DNA of 55,435 nt. It comes from a virus (lineage: Duplodnaviria > Caudoviricetes). Position numbers and translations under genes: made by a program. The stretch covers positions 1-55,435 of the IMG/VR virus record IMGVR_UViG_3300025326_000038; one strand, 5' to 3'. The notes below the pieces were generated by a model. That model was not told the origin of the DNA and did no database searches. It saw nothing but the letters and a program-made list of their open reading frames with translations. Shown in pieces: positions 8,887 to 18,526 of this stretch; the stretch's first letter is position 1; each line of letters starts with the position of its first letter.

Positions 8887-9747
8887 GTGATACGCCACGA
8901 TCCACAGGAGGTCCGCGAGAAGCTCGCTAGCCGAGTTGTCGTCGCGTCCATTAGCGGCGGCAAAGATAGTGCGGCGATGAGCCTCTATCTTACCGAGCTT
9001 GGCGTCGAACATCGGCGCGTGTTTGCCGACACCGGATGGGAGCACGCACTGACCTACAAGTATCTGCGCGGTCCGTTGACGGCACACATCGGCGCGATCG
9101 ACGAGGTGCGCGGGCCCCGACCAATGGACGATCTTATCCGCCACAAGAAGATGTTCCCGGCGCGGATCAAGAGATTTTGCACAGAGCATCTCAAGGTGAA
9201 GCCGTTACAAGCATACTTCTTGGCGCTGTCAGCCGAGGATGACTATGTAAACGCTATCGGCATCCGGCGCGGCGAATCGGTGGCGCGGGCGGCCGCCGTC
9301 GAGTGGGAATGGAGCGAGTCGTTCGACTGTGAGGTCTGGCGGCCCCTCGTAGAGTGGACCGAAACAGATGTGATCGAGATCCATCGCCGCCATGGCCTGC
9401 CGCCCAACCCGCTCTATCTCATGGGCGCGCGCCGTGTCGGCTGCTGGCCCTGCATCTTTGCCTCGAAAGCAGAAATCTCGTTGGTCGCAGAGCACGATCC
9501 GGCACGAATCGACACGATTCGCGCACTCGAAGCCGAGACCAACGCCAGTCGCATGGCGACGTTTAGCGCCCGTGGCGAGATGATGCGCTACCCGGCCACG
9601 TTCTTCACATTGCGCCCAGATGGCAAAACCCACGTAGCTGCGCCGATCGACGCGGTGGTGGAGTGGGCCCGTGAGAGCGGTCCGGAGCAGCCGACACTCT
9701 TTGACGAAGGCTGCATGCGGTGGGGCTTGTGCGATACGACGGAATGA
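8887..9747 (+). CDS. PAPS-reductase-family (PP-loop) protein (arm A only)
   Basis: SISGGKDS PP-loop, FADTG.E, FCT..LK, GIRRGES..RA, RVGCWPC. Confidence 0.88.
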   Translation: MIRHDPQEVREKLASRVVVASISGGKDSAAMSLYLTELGVEHRRVFADTGWEHALTYKYLRGPLTAHIGAIDEVRGPRPMDDLIRHKKMFPARIKRFCTEHLKVKPLQAYFLALSAEDDYVNAIGIRRGESVARAAAVEWEWSESFDCEVWRPLVEWTETDVIEIHRRHGLPPNPLYLMGARRVGCWPCIFASKAEISLVAEHDPARIDTIRALEAETNASRMATFSARGEMMRYPATFFTLRPDGKTHVAAPIDAVVEWARESGPEQPTLFDEGCMRWGLCDTTE

Positions 9748-9829
9748 GCCGCCGTCGCCGCGGCGGTGAAGGAGGAGGAGTCCATGACCGCAACGGAATT
9801 CTTCGATCCTCAGACGGATAACCCCGCCC

Positions 9830-10195
9830 ATGCCGACTGACGAGACGCCCAGCGCGGCGGCGGTGGAGAAGGCCGAGAGTCTCTGGACTGATCTTGCCAC
9901 CCATAACCGAGATACGTGGGAAAACGTCACGCTGATTGCCCTCGCCGAGCAGGCGCGGGAGATCGCCCAGCTCACGACGATCCTGACCGACGTGACCGCG
10001 GACGCGAACCTGAGCCATCAGCAGATCACGAGACTGGAAGAGGAGGTCGGGCGGGTGCGGGGGGCGCTGGAGAAAGCGAGGGAAACGATCCAGGCACTCC
10101 ATGGTCAAGAGGCATGGGATATCTACGAACAGCACTCACCCGAAATGAAACAGATTGACGCCGCCCTCCGCGTGACGCCAGAGGCGGGGGGATGA
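9830..10195 (+). CDS. Coiled-coil hypothetical protein
   Basis: ORF in the operon; only its first codons remain in arm B near 54334. Confidence 0.6.
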   Translation: MPTDETPSAAAVEKAESLWTDLATHNRDTWENVTLIALAEQAREIAQLTTILTDVTADANLSHQQITRLEEEVGRVRGALEKARETIQALHGQEAWDIYEQHSPEMKQIDAALRVTPEAGG

Positions 10196-10313
10196 TGATC
10201 CGCCTCCTCCGCCACGCCGCCCAGACCCCGCTGATGCTCGGCCTGCTCGATTATCCCGCGCCCGGCCAGGTCGTCGCCTGCCCCGTGCTCTTCCTCGACG
10301 GGCGGTAGTCCTC

Positions 10314-10520
10314 ATGCCAGATGATCCGATCCTCTATCGCTTTCGCGTGACGTTTCTGAACGTGCACAACGGCGTCACGTACGAGGTGCTCGTCTCCACG
10401 CCGATACGGTGGAGAGCGCTCCCCCTTGCGCAGACGGCGCTCAGTGAGCACCTGACGAAGACGGCCGGGCAGGTTCACGACTGGGTGCATTACTCGACGG
10501 CGGAGCTCCCCAAGGCATGA
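10314..10520 (+). CDS. Hypothetical protein, allele A
   Basis: Homologue at 55010-55216. Confidence 0.7.
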   Translation: MPDDPILYRFRVTFLNVHNGVTYEVLVSTPIRWRALPLAQTALSEHLTKTAGQVHDWVHYSTAELPKA

Positions 10521-10578
10521 CCCGAGGCCGACTTGACAACGGGTTCGCTCCCATGATAGCCGCCCTGACGCCTCGCTG

Positions 10579-12051
10579 ATGCCCACGCTCGCCGACTGGC
10601 TCACGTCGCGCATCCCCCCGAACAGCCTTGAGGCCGAGCGCGCGGTCCTGGGCGTCGCCCTCCTCGACCGCGCCGGGCCGGCCGCGCTCTGCCGGACGCT
10701 CCGCGCCGAGGACTTCTACGCCGAGAAGCACCGGCACATCTACGCGGGGATCGCCGCCCTCCTGACCGCCCAGAGCGCCGTGGATCTCCTCACGCTGCCC
10801 GAGACGCTGCGCCAGCAGGGGCACCTCGAGGAGATCGGCGGTCCGGCCTACCTCGGCCAGCTCATCGAGGAAGCGGCCCTCCTGACCGCCATGCCGGACT
10901 ACTGCCGGTTGATCCAGGACAAGGCGGCGCTGCGGGAACTGATCCGGCTCAGTACGGAGACCGTCCAGCGCGCGTATGAGAACGGACAGCCCGCGAGCGA
11001 GATCGCTGGACAGGCGACGACGGCCCTGGCCGCGGTCATGCGGAGCGCCGGGGGGCGACCGAGGCCTGCGATGCGCCCGCTCGCCGACCTCCTCGCCACG
11101 CCACCGGCGCGGCCCGTGTGGCTCGTGGAGTCGCTGATCCTGCAGGGCGCCAACGGCTGGATCGGCGCCGGGGCGAAGGTCGGCAAATCCCTGCTCGCCT
11201 TAGATCTCCTCCTCGCCTGTGCCCTCGGCCAGCCCTGGCTCGATACCTTCGCCGTCGCCCGTCCGCTCACGGTCGCCTTCGTCGAGGAAGAGGATTCCGC
11301 CTGGCGCGTCTACGAGCGGGCCACCCGGCTCCTGGCCGCGCGAGGCGCCCCCATGCCGACCGCGTTCTTTCTCACGGTCCGCACCGGCGTCCAGCTCGAT
11401 CAGGAAGCCTCGCTCGGCCCGCTGCTCGACCTCCTGCGCTCGCGCCCGGTGGATCTCGTGTTCTGGGACGTGTTCAACCGGCTCCACACGCTCGACGAGA
11501 AGCGCCCCGATCAGATGCTCCCGCTCCTCAAGCGCGTGGACCGCCTCCGCGATGAGTACGGGTGCGCCAACCTGATCGCACACCACGCCCGCAAGCCCGG
11601 CGTCTCCGGCCCCGACCTCGCCTCCGGCGGCCAACAGCTCCGGGGGCCGAGCGAGTTCTGGGGCTGGGCCGAGAACAGCCTGTATCTGAAACCGCTCAAA
11701 ACCAAGGGCGCGCTCATCGTCGAACCCGAGAGCAAAGACGCGCTCGTCGCCCCGTTCAAGGTGCACCTCGAGGACCTCGGGCCCGACAGCCGGCGGTGGG
11801 TCTATGACGGGGAGGTCGCGGCCAGGGTCAGTGATGGCGAGGCCACACGGACCCTCATCCTTGATGCCCTGGCACTCAATCCGATGACCGTCGGACAGCT
11901 CGTGGACCACACGAAAAAGACGGATCGGACCCTGAAGAAACATCTCGGCGCGCTCGAAGAAGATGGGGCCGTCGAGGCCACCAAGGAGCCCGGTCGGGCT
12001 GGGCGAAAACTGTGGATGCTGCGCTCTAAGACAGAAGAGCTGCCGTTCTGA
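10579..12051 (+). CDS. Replication helicase: DnaB N-terminal domain + RecA/AAA_25-type ATPase + winged HTH
   Basis: PPNSLEAERAVLG...EDFY...H..IY (DnaB-N); AGAKVGKS Walker A; VFWD; HH.RK; LRGPS. Confidence 0.88.
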   Translation: MPTLADWLTSRIPPNSLEAERAVLGVALLDRAGPAALCRTLRAEDFYAEKHRHIYAGIAALLTAQSAVDLLTLPETLRQQGHLEEIGGPAYLGQLIEEAALLTAMPDYCRLIQDKAALRELIRLSTETVQRAYENGQPASEIAGQATTALAAVMRSAGGRPRPAMRPLADLLATPPARPVWLVESLILQGANGWIGAGAKVGKSLLALDLLLACALGQPWLDTFAVARPLTVAFVEEEDSAWRVYERATRLLAARGAPMPTAFFLTVRTGVQLDQEASLGPLLDLLRSRPVDLVFWDVFNRLHTLDEKRPDQMLPLLKRVDRLRDEYGCANLIAHHARKPGVSGPDLASGGQQLRGPSEFWGWAENSLYLKPLKTKGALIVEPESKDALVAPFKVHLEDLGPDSRRWVYDGEVAARVSDGEATRTLILDALALNPMTVGQLVDHTKKTDRTLKKHLGALEEDGAVEATKEPGRAGRKLWMLRSKTEELPF

Positions 12052-12059
12052 GGAGGCCG

Positions 12060-12240
12060 ACGGTATGACGGTGTGCCACGGTGTGAAGTTCATACGGCTT
12101 CATACCTACAAGTATGTGATTGGAAAGACGTATCGGGCGCCAGTCCGTTACCGTCACGGTGTGAAGGTAGAGCCATCACTGCGACGGTGTGAAGGTATGA
12201 AGCGCACCCTAAAGGGGTGCTTCATGCACTTCATACCGTC
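12060..12240. repeat. Iteron-like direct and inverted repeats; putative replication origin
   Basis: ACGGTGTGAAG at 12078, 12156 and 12184, variants at 12060 and 12068, inverted CTTCATACCGTC at 12229; directly after the helicase gene. Confidence 0.6.
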
Positions 12241-12255
12241 GTGGAGGCGGGAGAC

Positions 12256-12504
12256 GTGAGCGCCCAGCTGAGCAACCTCCCTGGCCTTCAGCAGGCCGCC
12301 TACTGGTTCACCATCGCCGACTGCGCCATGGCCCTGCGCTGTAGCGTGCGCACCGTCCGGCGACACCTGCCATCGGTGCCAAAGGCGGAGCGCGTCAAGG
12401 TCACACGGAAGATCGATGGGGTGCGGACCACGCGCTATTGGCGAGTCTCGCCGGCCGGCCTTCGTGTCTTGGGCCGTCTGACACGGCAGGCGCCGTATCT
12501 CTAG
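12256..12504 (+). CDS. HTH DNA-binding protein (possible late regulator)
   Basis: FTIADCAMALRCSVRTVRRHL. Confidence 0.65.
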   Translation: MSAQLSNLPGLQQAAYWFTIADCAMALRCSVRTVRRHLPSVPKAERVKVTRKIDGVRTTRYWRVSPAGLRVLGRLTRQAPYL

Positions 12505-12935
12505 ACGCGCTGCGTTGCAAAAATCGTCTTTTCGACTGGCCACCTACACCGTGTCACCCTGAGACCTAGCCACCCTAAGGGGTGGCCACTACCGCCTTGC
12601 ATAGGCACGCCGTCGTCAGAGAAAGTGTTGATCGTGAAGGCAAATCTCTGGCCTCTGCGAATGCTGAGTGGCGCGCTGGCGTCGGTAATCTCCCGTACAG
12701 TCCCCGCACGTCGTGATGGAGGAGCGCGAAATGTAGAGAGAAATTCGGCGCAGGATTCTGCGCGAGAACCCGCGGGCCGCTCGCGCGTCGACGTCGAGGC
12801 CCGCCGGTTCATTGCTGGCTCGACTTCCCCAGGCAACACCGCCACACAGACACCACGCGCGGTTTCCGGAAAATCTTTCCACGCAGAGTTGTACGCAGAG
12901 ATTCCACCGCCGCTTCCGGCGCGAGTGAGGACGTG

Positions 12936-13238
12936 ATGGCGCACGAGTTCAGGAAATCGTCCGCGATGCTCTCGTTCCTCGAGGAGCAGGTCTATCTCCC
13001 GTTTCTACGCAAGGCGTATCAACGCATCGACGAGGGCATGGACGCGGTGAAGGTCAAGGTGTTGCAGTATGAGGGGAACGTCGTGCTCGGTCCCGCGCAG
13101 GTGGATTACACCGAGCGGCGCGAAGCCGCGAAGGAAGCGTTGAAGTTGGCGGACCACTACCCCGATCGCCTCGACGTGAACCTGGGCGGCGACGGGTTGA
13201 CGGTGATCTTGCAGGGCCTGGACGAGAGCAGAGTTTGA
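12936..13238 (+). CDS. Putative terminase small subunit
   Basis: Position before TerL; helical DY..R..A...L..LDVNLGG pattern. Confidence 0.5.
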   Translation: MAHEFRKSSAMLSFLEEQVYLPFLRKAYQRIDEGMDAVKVKVLQYEGNVVLGPAQVDYTERREAAKEALKLADHYPDRLDVNLGGDGLTVILQGLDESRV

Positions 13239-13717
13239 GTTTCGTCAAGCGGGGAGATCGTGGACTGCTGACTGAAATTACCTGTCTCGAACGGCTGGTT
13301 ACGCTGGGATACCGCGAGATCTTCAAGCCAGCTCTGTCGGACCGAGGTGTAGACCTCGTCGTGCGGACAGCGACGGGCTACCACGGGGTCCAGGTCAAGA
13401 CAGCGACGCCGAAGAAAACGCGCGGCGGTCGACTCTCATGGACGCTTGACCTCGCCGCCGGCGTCGCTCGCCGCGGGACATTGCGGCACTCGGATCCCGT
13501 AGCGTATTACCGTCAAGCCGGCGTATCGGTGATGGTCGCCCGCGTCGAGGCGGGATTTTACGTGCTGCAGCTCGCCGATTGCGGATCGGTGAATACCTCG
13601 CTAGAGAGCCGGTCGTATTTGTGGGAGGCGTGGGAGCGCGCGCTGGGCGGGCCGCCAGAACTCTCGGACGAAGCCGAAGTTCAGTCTCTTGAACGACAGA
13701 TGAGGTTGCTGAGTTGA
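13235..13717 (+). CDS. Free-standing PD-(D/E)XK endonuclease (I-Ssp6803I-like homing type)
   Basis: G...E...L..LGY....P.....VDLVV......VQVKT motif. Confidence 0.7.
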   Translation: MSFVKRGDRGLLTEITCLERLVTLGYREIFKPALSDRGVDLVVRTATGYHGVQVKTATPKKTRGGRLSWTLDLAAGVARRGTLRHSDPVAYYRQAGVSVMVARVEAGFYVLQLADCGSVNTSLESRSYLWEAWERALGGPPELSDEAEVQSLERQMRLLS

Positions 13718-13747
13718 AGACCGCCACGCAGGGCACAGGAGGCCACG

Positions 13748-14098
13748 ATGAACGAGCGACCGATCGACTGGCTGGTGCTGGCGAACAAGTACGGGATCTG
13801 GTTGGAGCAGGGGCGGAAGCGCCTGGTGGAGTGGCGGGAAGCGAACCGGACCGCGGGCGACGACGAGCAGGGGTGCCGGGCGCGGTGGGACGCGCGGGAC
13901 GCGATGCGGACGTGGTGCGCGGCGTTGAAGCGGGAGCTGGATCTCGACGTGGGCGAGGGCGTCCGCGCGCGGGTGAACTTCGCGGCGACGGGGAGTCCGC
14001 TGGGGACGAACGAGCTCGGGGAGCACGAGGCACGGCTCGCCGCGCTCGACCGGCTGATTGGGCAGTTACTCAGCCAGGCGGGGCCGCTGACGGGGTAG
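13748..14098 (+). CDS. Hypothetical protein
   Basis: AGGAGG RBS; ends 2 nt before the TerL GTG. Confidence 0.6.
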   Translation: MNERPIDWLVLANKYGIWLEQGRKRLVEWREANRTAGDDEQGCRARWDARDAMRTWCAALKRELDLDVGEGVRARVNFAATGSPLGTNELGEHEARLAALDRLIGQLLSQAGPLTG

Positions 14099-14100
14099 TC

Positions 14101-15729
14101 GTGCTCGACCACGATCCGTGGTTCGACACGCCGCCGGTGACGACGGCGCCCACGATCGAGGGACCGGCGCCGGCGGCCGCGCCGGCGCGCTTCGAAGAGG
14201 TCGTGCCGCCGACGGTGGCGGAAGCGCTCCAAGGCCCGGAGCGGATCAAGGGGCTGTGGGGTCCGGTGCGCACGGGCAAGTCGCGCGGGGTCATGCGCTA
14301 CGTCCTCGCGCATTGCCGGAAGTACGCGGCGCAATTCCTCGGCGAGACGATCCGGTGGCTCTTCGTGCGCGATACCTACGAGTCCTTGCGCGCAACCAAT
14401 CTCAAGACGCTCCTCGAGCTGCCGCCGCTCGGGCGCTGGGGGCGGTGGAACGAGCAGAAGAAGACCTTTACCGTCGCGCTGCCGACAGGGCAGCGGGCGG
14501 AGTTGCTCTTCATGGGGCTCGATGACCCGAAGGACGTGTCGAAGCTCCAGTCGCTCGATCTCTCCGGCTTCGTGATCTGCGAGCCGGCAGGCGGCCTCGA
14601 TCCCGACACGGAGCGCGTCGGCCTGGGGATCCCGGAGGACGTGTACTTGATGCTCTGCTCGCGCCTCTCCGTCCCGATTGGCCTGGAGCGCGTGGTCGGC
14701 ATTCTCGAAGGCAACACGCCATCGGCGGGGCACTGGACGGCGCGCATGATCCGCGATGAAGCGTCGGCCGAAGTCCTCTCGGTCTTTTCGGCGGCCGGGT
14801 TGCCGACGGGCGAGGTGCGGCGCCGTGCGATGCCCGGCCGCACGGCCTCGGTCCTCTCGGCGGACGTGCCGGCCTGGGAAGCGCCCATTCTCCACTCGCG
14901 GCCCGGGTACTTCGACGAGCTGGAGCAGTTGTACCGGACCTCGGGTAAGGGGACGGCCTACATCCGGCGCTACCTTCGCGGCGAATGGCTGCCGACGCTC
15001 ACGGGTGCCTTTACGCGCAACCAGGTGCCCACGATCGCCCGCGACGACTGCCCGCCGTTCGACGCGATCGTGGCGACGCTCGATCCCTCGACGGGTGTGG
15101 CCAAGGGCGATCGCTCGGCGCTCGCCGTCTGCGGGATCACGCAGAGCGGCTTTGCGTACCTGCTCGACCTCCACGTCGGGCGTTTTGAATACGCTGAGCT
15201 GATCGAGCGGATCTTCGCCGTCCAGATACGCTGGGCGCCGGGGGTCGTCGGCATCGAGGCGGTCGGCTTCCAGGTCTGGTTGGGCGCCATTCTCGCGGAG
15301 AAGAGCGCCGAGCGGGCGGTGCGCGTGCCGGTCCAGGAACTCAAGCGCGACTCCAAGCAATCGAAAGAGCTGCGCATCGAGGCGACGCTCGGCGTCCGGC
15401 TCAGTGAGCGGCGGCTCGTGGTGGTCGAGGGCTGCCCGAACCTCGACGTGCTCTGGGCGGAGCTCGAGAGTTTCGGGCAGTCCGGGGGCCACGACGACGT
15501 GCTGGACGCCCTCGCGGACCTCGACCAAATCGTCGGGCTCGCGTTCCCCGCGGCCGACGTCGGGATCCCCGACGGCGGAGGGCCTCGCGGCGGGCGTGAG
15601 TCCGGCGTTCGTGCGCCGCTCTTCCCGCAGCTCGCGGCGGTGGAGTCGGCTGCCGCGCGCGGGGAGCCGATCGACATCGATCGCCGCTTCTGGTCGCGGC
15701 AGCCGGCGGGATTCTGGCGTGGGCGATAG
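14101..15729 (+). CDS. terL: Terminase large subunit
   Basis: GPVRTGKS Walker A, FVICE Walker B, GNTP, LDPS..DRSA and HDDVLDAL nuclease motifs; start inferred. Confidence 0.9.
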   Translation: MLDHDPWFDTPPVTTAPTIEGPAPAAAPARFEEVVPPTVAEALQGPERIKGLWGPVRTGKSRGVMRYVLAHCRKYAAQFLGETIRWLFVRDTYESLRATNLKTLLELPPLGRWGRWNEQKKTFTVALPTGQRAELLFMGLDDPKDVSKLQSLDLSGFVICEPAGGLDPDTERVGLGIPEDVYLMLCSRLSVPIGLERVVGILEGNTPSAGHWTARMIRDEASAEVLSVFSAAGLPTGEVRRRAMPGRTASVLSADVPAWEAPILHSRPGYFDELEQLYRTSGKGTAYIRRYLRGEWLPTLTGAFTRNQVPTIARDDCPPFDAIVATLDPSTGVAKGDRSALAVCGITQSGFAYLLDLHVGRFEYAELIERIFAVQIRWAPGVVGIEAVGFQVWLGAILAEKSAERAVRVPVQELKRDSKQSKELRIEATLGVRLSERRLVVVEGCPNLDVLWAELESFGQSGGHDDVLDALADLDQIVGLAFPAADVGIPDGGGPRGGRESGVRAPLFPQLAAVESAAARGEPIDIDRRFWSRQPAGFWRGR

Positions 15730-16048
15730 CCGGCCTCCCTTGGGCCCCCGTCTCGGTCGCGTGCATGCCTTGCGCAACCGCGGCGCTGTCTACACGGAAG
15801 GGCTCCGGACCTCGCTCCAGGCGGGTTTGCTCGGCGCGGGCGTGGCGAAGGGCGCGGGGTTCACCGATACGGCCTGGGCAACCTACTTCGGGCTGGCGAT
15901 CCTGCTTGGGATCGAGCTGGCCAAGGTGCTCCTCGGCTGGCTCGATTATCGCTTCCACGTGATCCAGACGGAGCAGCGGATTGCGGCGGAAGCGAGTCCC
16001 GTCACGATGCGGATGGTCCACGCGCTCGAAGCATTGGTGCCGAAATGA
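15719..16048 (+). CDS. Small membrane protein
   Basis: Hydrophobic segment YFGLAILLGIELAKVLLGWL; overlaps both neighbours. Confidence 0.55.
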   Translation: MGDSRPPLGPRLGRVHALRNRGAVYTEGLRTSLQAGLLGAGVAKGAGFTDTAWATYFGLAILLGIELAKVLLGWLDYRFHVIQTEQRIAAEASPVTMRMVHALEALVPK

Positions 16049-17625
16049 AGTACGGCGTCCGCGCCCCGAAGACGAAGCCGGTCGTGCGGGCCGCCGAAGC
16101 GGTGGGGGCGTTCGCGGGCGGCCTGGTGGACAAAGACGATTACCTTTTCCGGCGCCTCTCCACGGGCCAATCCGGCGCCTCGACGCGACGCGATCTCTCC
16201 CCGATGGCGCAGGACCGGATGCTCGAGCTGGTGTTTTTCCTCTGGGAGTCGAATGCGATCGCGCAGTGGATCATCGAGACGACGATCGACTTCACCGTGG
16301 GTGAGGGGGTAACCATCGAGCCGCTCAACGACGACGTCGGCGCGGTGCTCACCGCCTTCGAGGATGATCCGGTCAATCAGCTGCTGGCGCGTCTCGAGGG
16401 CTTCGCGCGGGACTTCGGCCTCTACGGCGAGCTCTGCCTGCCCGCCTTCGTGAATCAGGTCGACGGCCACGTGCGCCTGGGCTATCTCGACCCGCTCGAG
16501 ATCAAGGAAGTCCTGACCGATCCCGACAACGCGCTCGTACAGACGGCCGTGGTGCGCAAACCGCCGAGCGGGGATCGTGGTCCCGGGGAGCTCTACAAGA
16601 TCATCCGCGGGGAAGCAGATCGGGCGAATCCTGCCTATGGGCAACTGGTCGGCGCGGAACCCGGTGAGACCGAGCCCCGCACGGGGCGCGTGTACAAGGG
16701 CCAGTGTTTCCTCTTCCAGACCAATCGCGTCAGTAACGCCCGCCGGGGTCGGTCGGATCTGCTCTCGCTGATCGACTGGGTCGACGGGTACGATGCGTTT
16801 CTCTATGACTCCATGCAGGCCGCGCAGCAGTTCAATTCGTATATCTGGGACGTGACGCTCGACGGCGCTGATGAAGCCACACTCAAAAAGTGGCTCGCCG
16901 CGAATCAGACCGTCAAGCGCGGCATGATCCGGGCCCATAACGAAAAGGTGAAGTGGGCAGAGCTCTCGCCGGATCTGAAAGCGCAGGAAAAAGATACGTT
17001 CCTCCATTTCCTTCGTGGGCAGATCCTCGGCTCGAAGAGCTTCCCGGAGCACTGGTATGGGCAGGGGTCGGATGTCAACTTCGCCTCGGCGAAGGAAATG
17101 GCGGCCCCGCCGGGCAAGCGGTTGGGACGCCGGCAGCAGGAGATCAAGCGGATTGTCCAGACGCTCTGCCGCTTTCAGATCCATTCTGCGCAGCGTGCCG
17201 GCACCCTGAAAGCCACGGTGTTGAGCGGCTCGACAGTCTCTGCCGACGGCGCAAGCGCCGCGCTGGCAGTGCCAGCAGATCAGGCCTACCGGATCGTGCT
17301 CCCAGAGATCTCGACGAAGGACACCGCACAGACCGTTGCCGCCGCGGCGTCGCTGAGTGCGGCCCTGACGCAAGCCGTCGCGCAGGGCTGGCTCCGGAAC
17401 GAAACCGCGGGGAAGATCTTCGCCCATCTCGTGAGCCAACTCGGCATCGAGATCGACGCTGCGGCGGAACTCCAGCCGGGCGCGGGCCCGCGCGGCGCGG
17501 CGCTCACAGACTATTCCCCGGCGAATCTCCAGCGGCTCCTGGCCCAGCTCCAGCGCGCCGGGAACGGCAACGGCGACAACATGAACATGCCGAAGATGCC
17601 GGCGCCGGGTGGGGCCGTGGCATGA
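16045..17625 (+). CDS. Portal protein
   Basis: 526 aa after TerL; LYGE.C, RGRSDL, N.ASA motifs. Confidence 0.85.
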   Translation: MKYGVRAPKTKPVVRAAEAVGAFAGGLVDKDDYLFRRLSTGQSGASTRRDLSPMAQDRMLELVFFLWESNAIAQWIIETTIDFTVGEGVTIEPLNDDVGAVLTAFEDDPVNQLLARLEGFARDFGLYGELCLPAFVNQVDGHVRLGYLDPLEIKEVLTDPDNALVQTAVVRKPPSGDRGPGELYKIIRGEADRANPAYGQLVGAEPGETEPRTGRVYKGQCFLFQTNRVSNARRGRSDLLSLIDWVDGYDAFLYDSMQAAQQFNSYIWDVTLDGADEATLKKWLAANQTVKRGMIRAHNEKVKWAELSPDLKAQEKDTFLHFLRGQILGSKSFPEHWYGQGSDVNFASAKEMAAPPGKRLGRRQQEIKRIVQTLCRFQIHSAQRAGTLKATVLSGSTVSADGASAALAVPADQAYRIVLPEISTKDTAQTVAAAASLSAALTQAVAQGWLRNETAGKIFAHLVSQLGIEIDAAAELQPGAGPRGAALTDYSPANLQRLLAQLQRAGNGNGDNMNMPKMPAPGGAVA

Positions 17626-18518
17626 TCGGCCGCGCCCGCTTCGCCGACGTGCCGGTCGAGCGTTTCACAGCGCAGCTCGCCGAGATCCTCCTTCGCCTCG
17701 ATGCGCTCCCCACCGCTGCCGTCCAAGCCATGCTAAGCGATCTGGAAACCGCACGGCAGCAGGTCGTCCGCGAAATTCTTGTGATGGGCGCCGCTGCGAG
17801 TCCGCGTGAGCTCATCGAACTCCAGGCGCGCATCAGCGATGTCATGTACCGCTTCGCGGACAAGTACGGCCTCATGCTCTCGCCGATCCAGGGGGCCGTG
17901 GCGCAACTCGGCAGTGCGCTAGCCGCCGAGCCCTTGGTCGCCAGCGGCCTCGCCCTCTGGGTGCCGCAGATCTCGCGGCGGCAGCTCGAAGTCGCGCGGA
18001 CCTTTCAAGCGCTCCTGATCTCGAATCTCGCCGACGACGCGACGAACCAGATCAGTCAGGATCTCGGGCTGGCGATCCTCCGGGGGCAGAGTGTCTACGA
18101 AGCCTCGCAGGCGGTCGCCGGATCGCTCACGGGCACGGCGACCTTCGGCTCCATCGCCGCGCGCGCGGAAGCGATCACCCGGACAGAACTCGGCCGGATT
18201 CAGAGCGTGGCCACGCAGGGGAGCCTCCGAGATCTCCAGCAGCAGGTGCCGGATCTCCAGAAGCAATGGATGCACTCCGGGAATGCAGGGCCGTATCGCC
18301 GCACTGGGCACATCGTGGCCAACGGGCAGGTGCGTGACGTCGACGAGACGTTTCAAGTGGCCGAGATTGCGGGCGGGGAGCAGGAAGCGCTGCTCTATCC
18401 CCGCGATCCCTCGGCGAGTCCCCGGAACACGATCAACTGCGGGTGTGTCTCCGTTCCCTTCCGGGCCGCATGGGCGGCTGACCTCGAAGCGTCGCGTCAA
18501 GAGATCGCGGCGGCATAG
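17622..18518 (+). CDS. Head morphogenesis/minor capsid protein (Mu gpF / SPP1 gp7-like)
   Basis: RAEAITRTE, KQW, R..H...GQ, YPRDP, INCGC motifs. Confidence 0.88.
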   Translation: MIGRARFADVPVERFTAQLAEILLRLDALPTAAVQAMLSDLETARQQVVREILVMGAAASPRELIELQARISDVMYRFADKYGLMLSPIQGAVAQLGSALAAEPLVASGLALWVPQISRRQLEVARTFQALLISNLADDATNQISQDLGLAILRGQSVYEASQAVAGSLTGTATFGSIAARAEAITRTELGRIQSVATQGSLRDLQQQVPDLQKQWMHSGNAGPYRRTGHIVANGQVRDVDETFQVAEIAGGEQEALLYPRDPSASPRNTINCGCVSVPFRAAWAADLEASRQEIAAA

Positions 18519-18526
18519 GAGCGCGC

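Noticed and set aside
10533-10560. Sigma70 promoter before the helicase (TTGACA also at 55213)
   Set aside because: The best -10-like hexamers are only 13 nt away in both arms; too weak to call.
13714-14100. N-terminal extension of TerL shown in the ORF track
   Set aside because: Low-complexity shadow of the RBS-led ORF 13748-14098.
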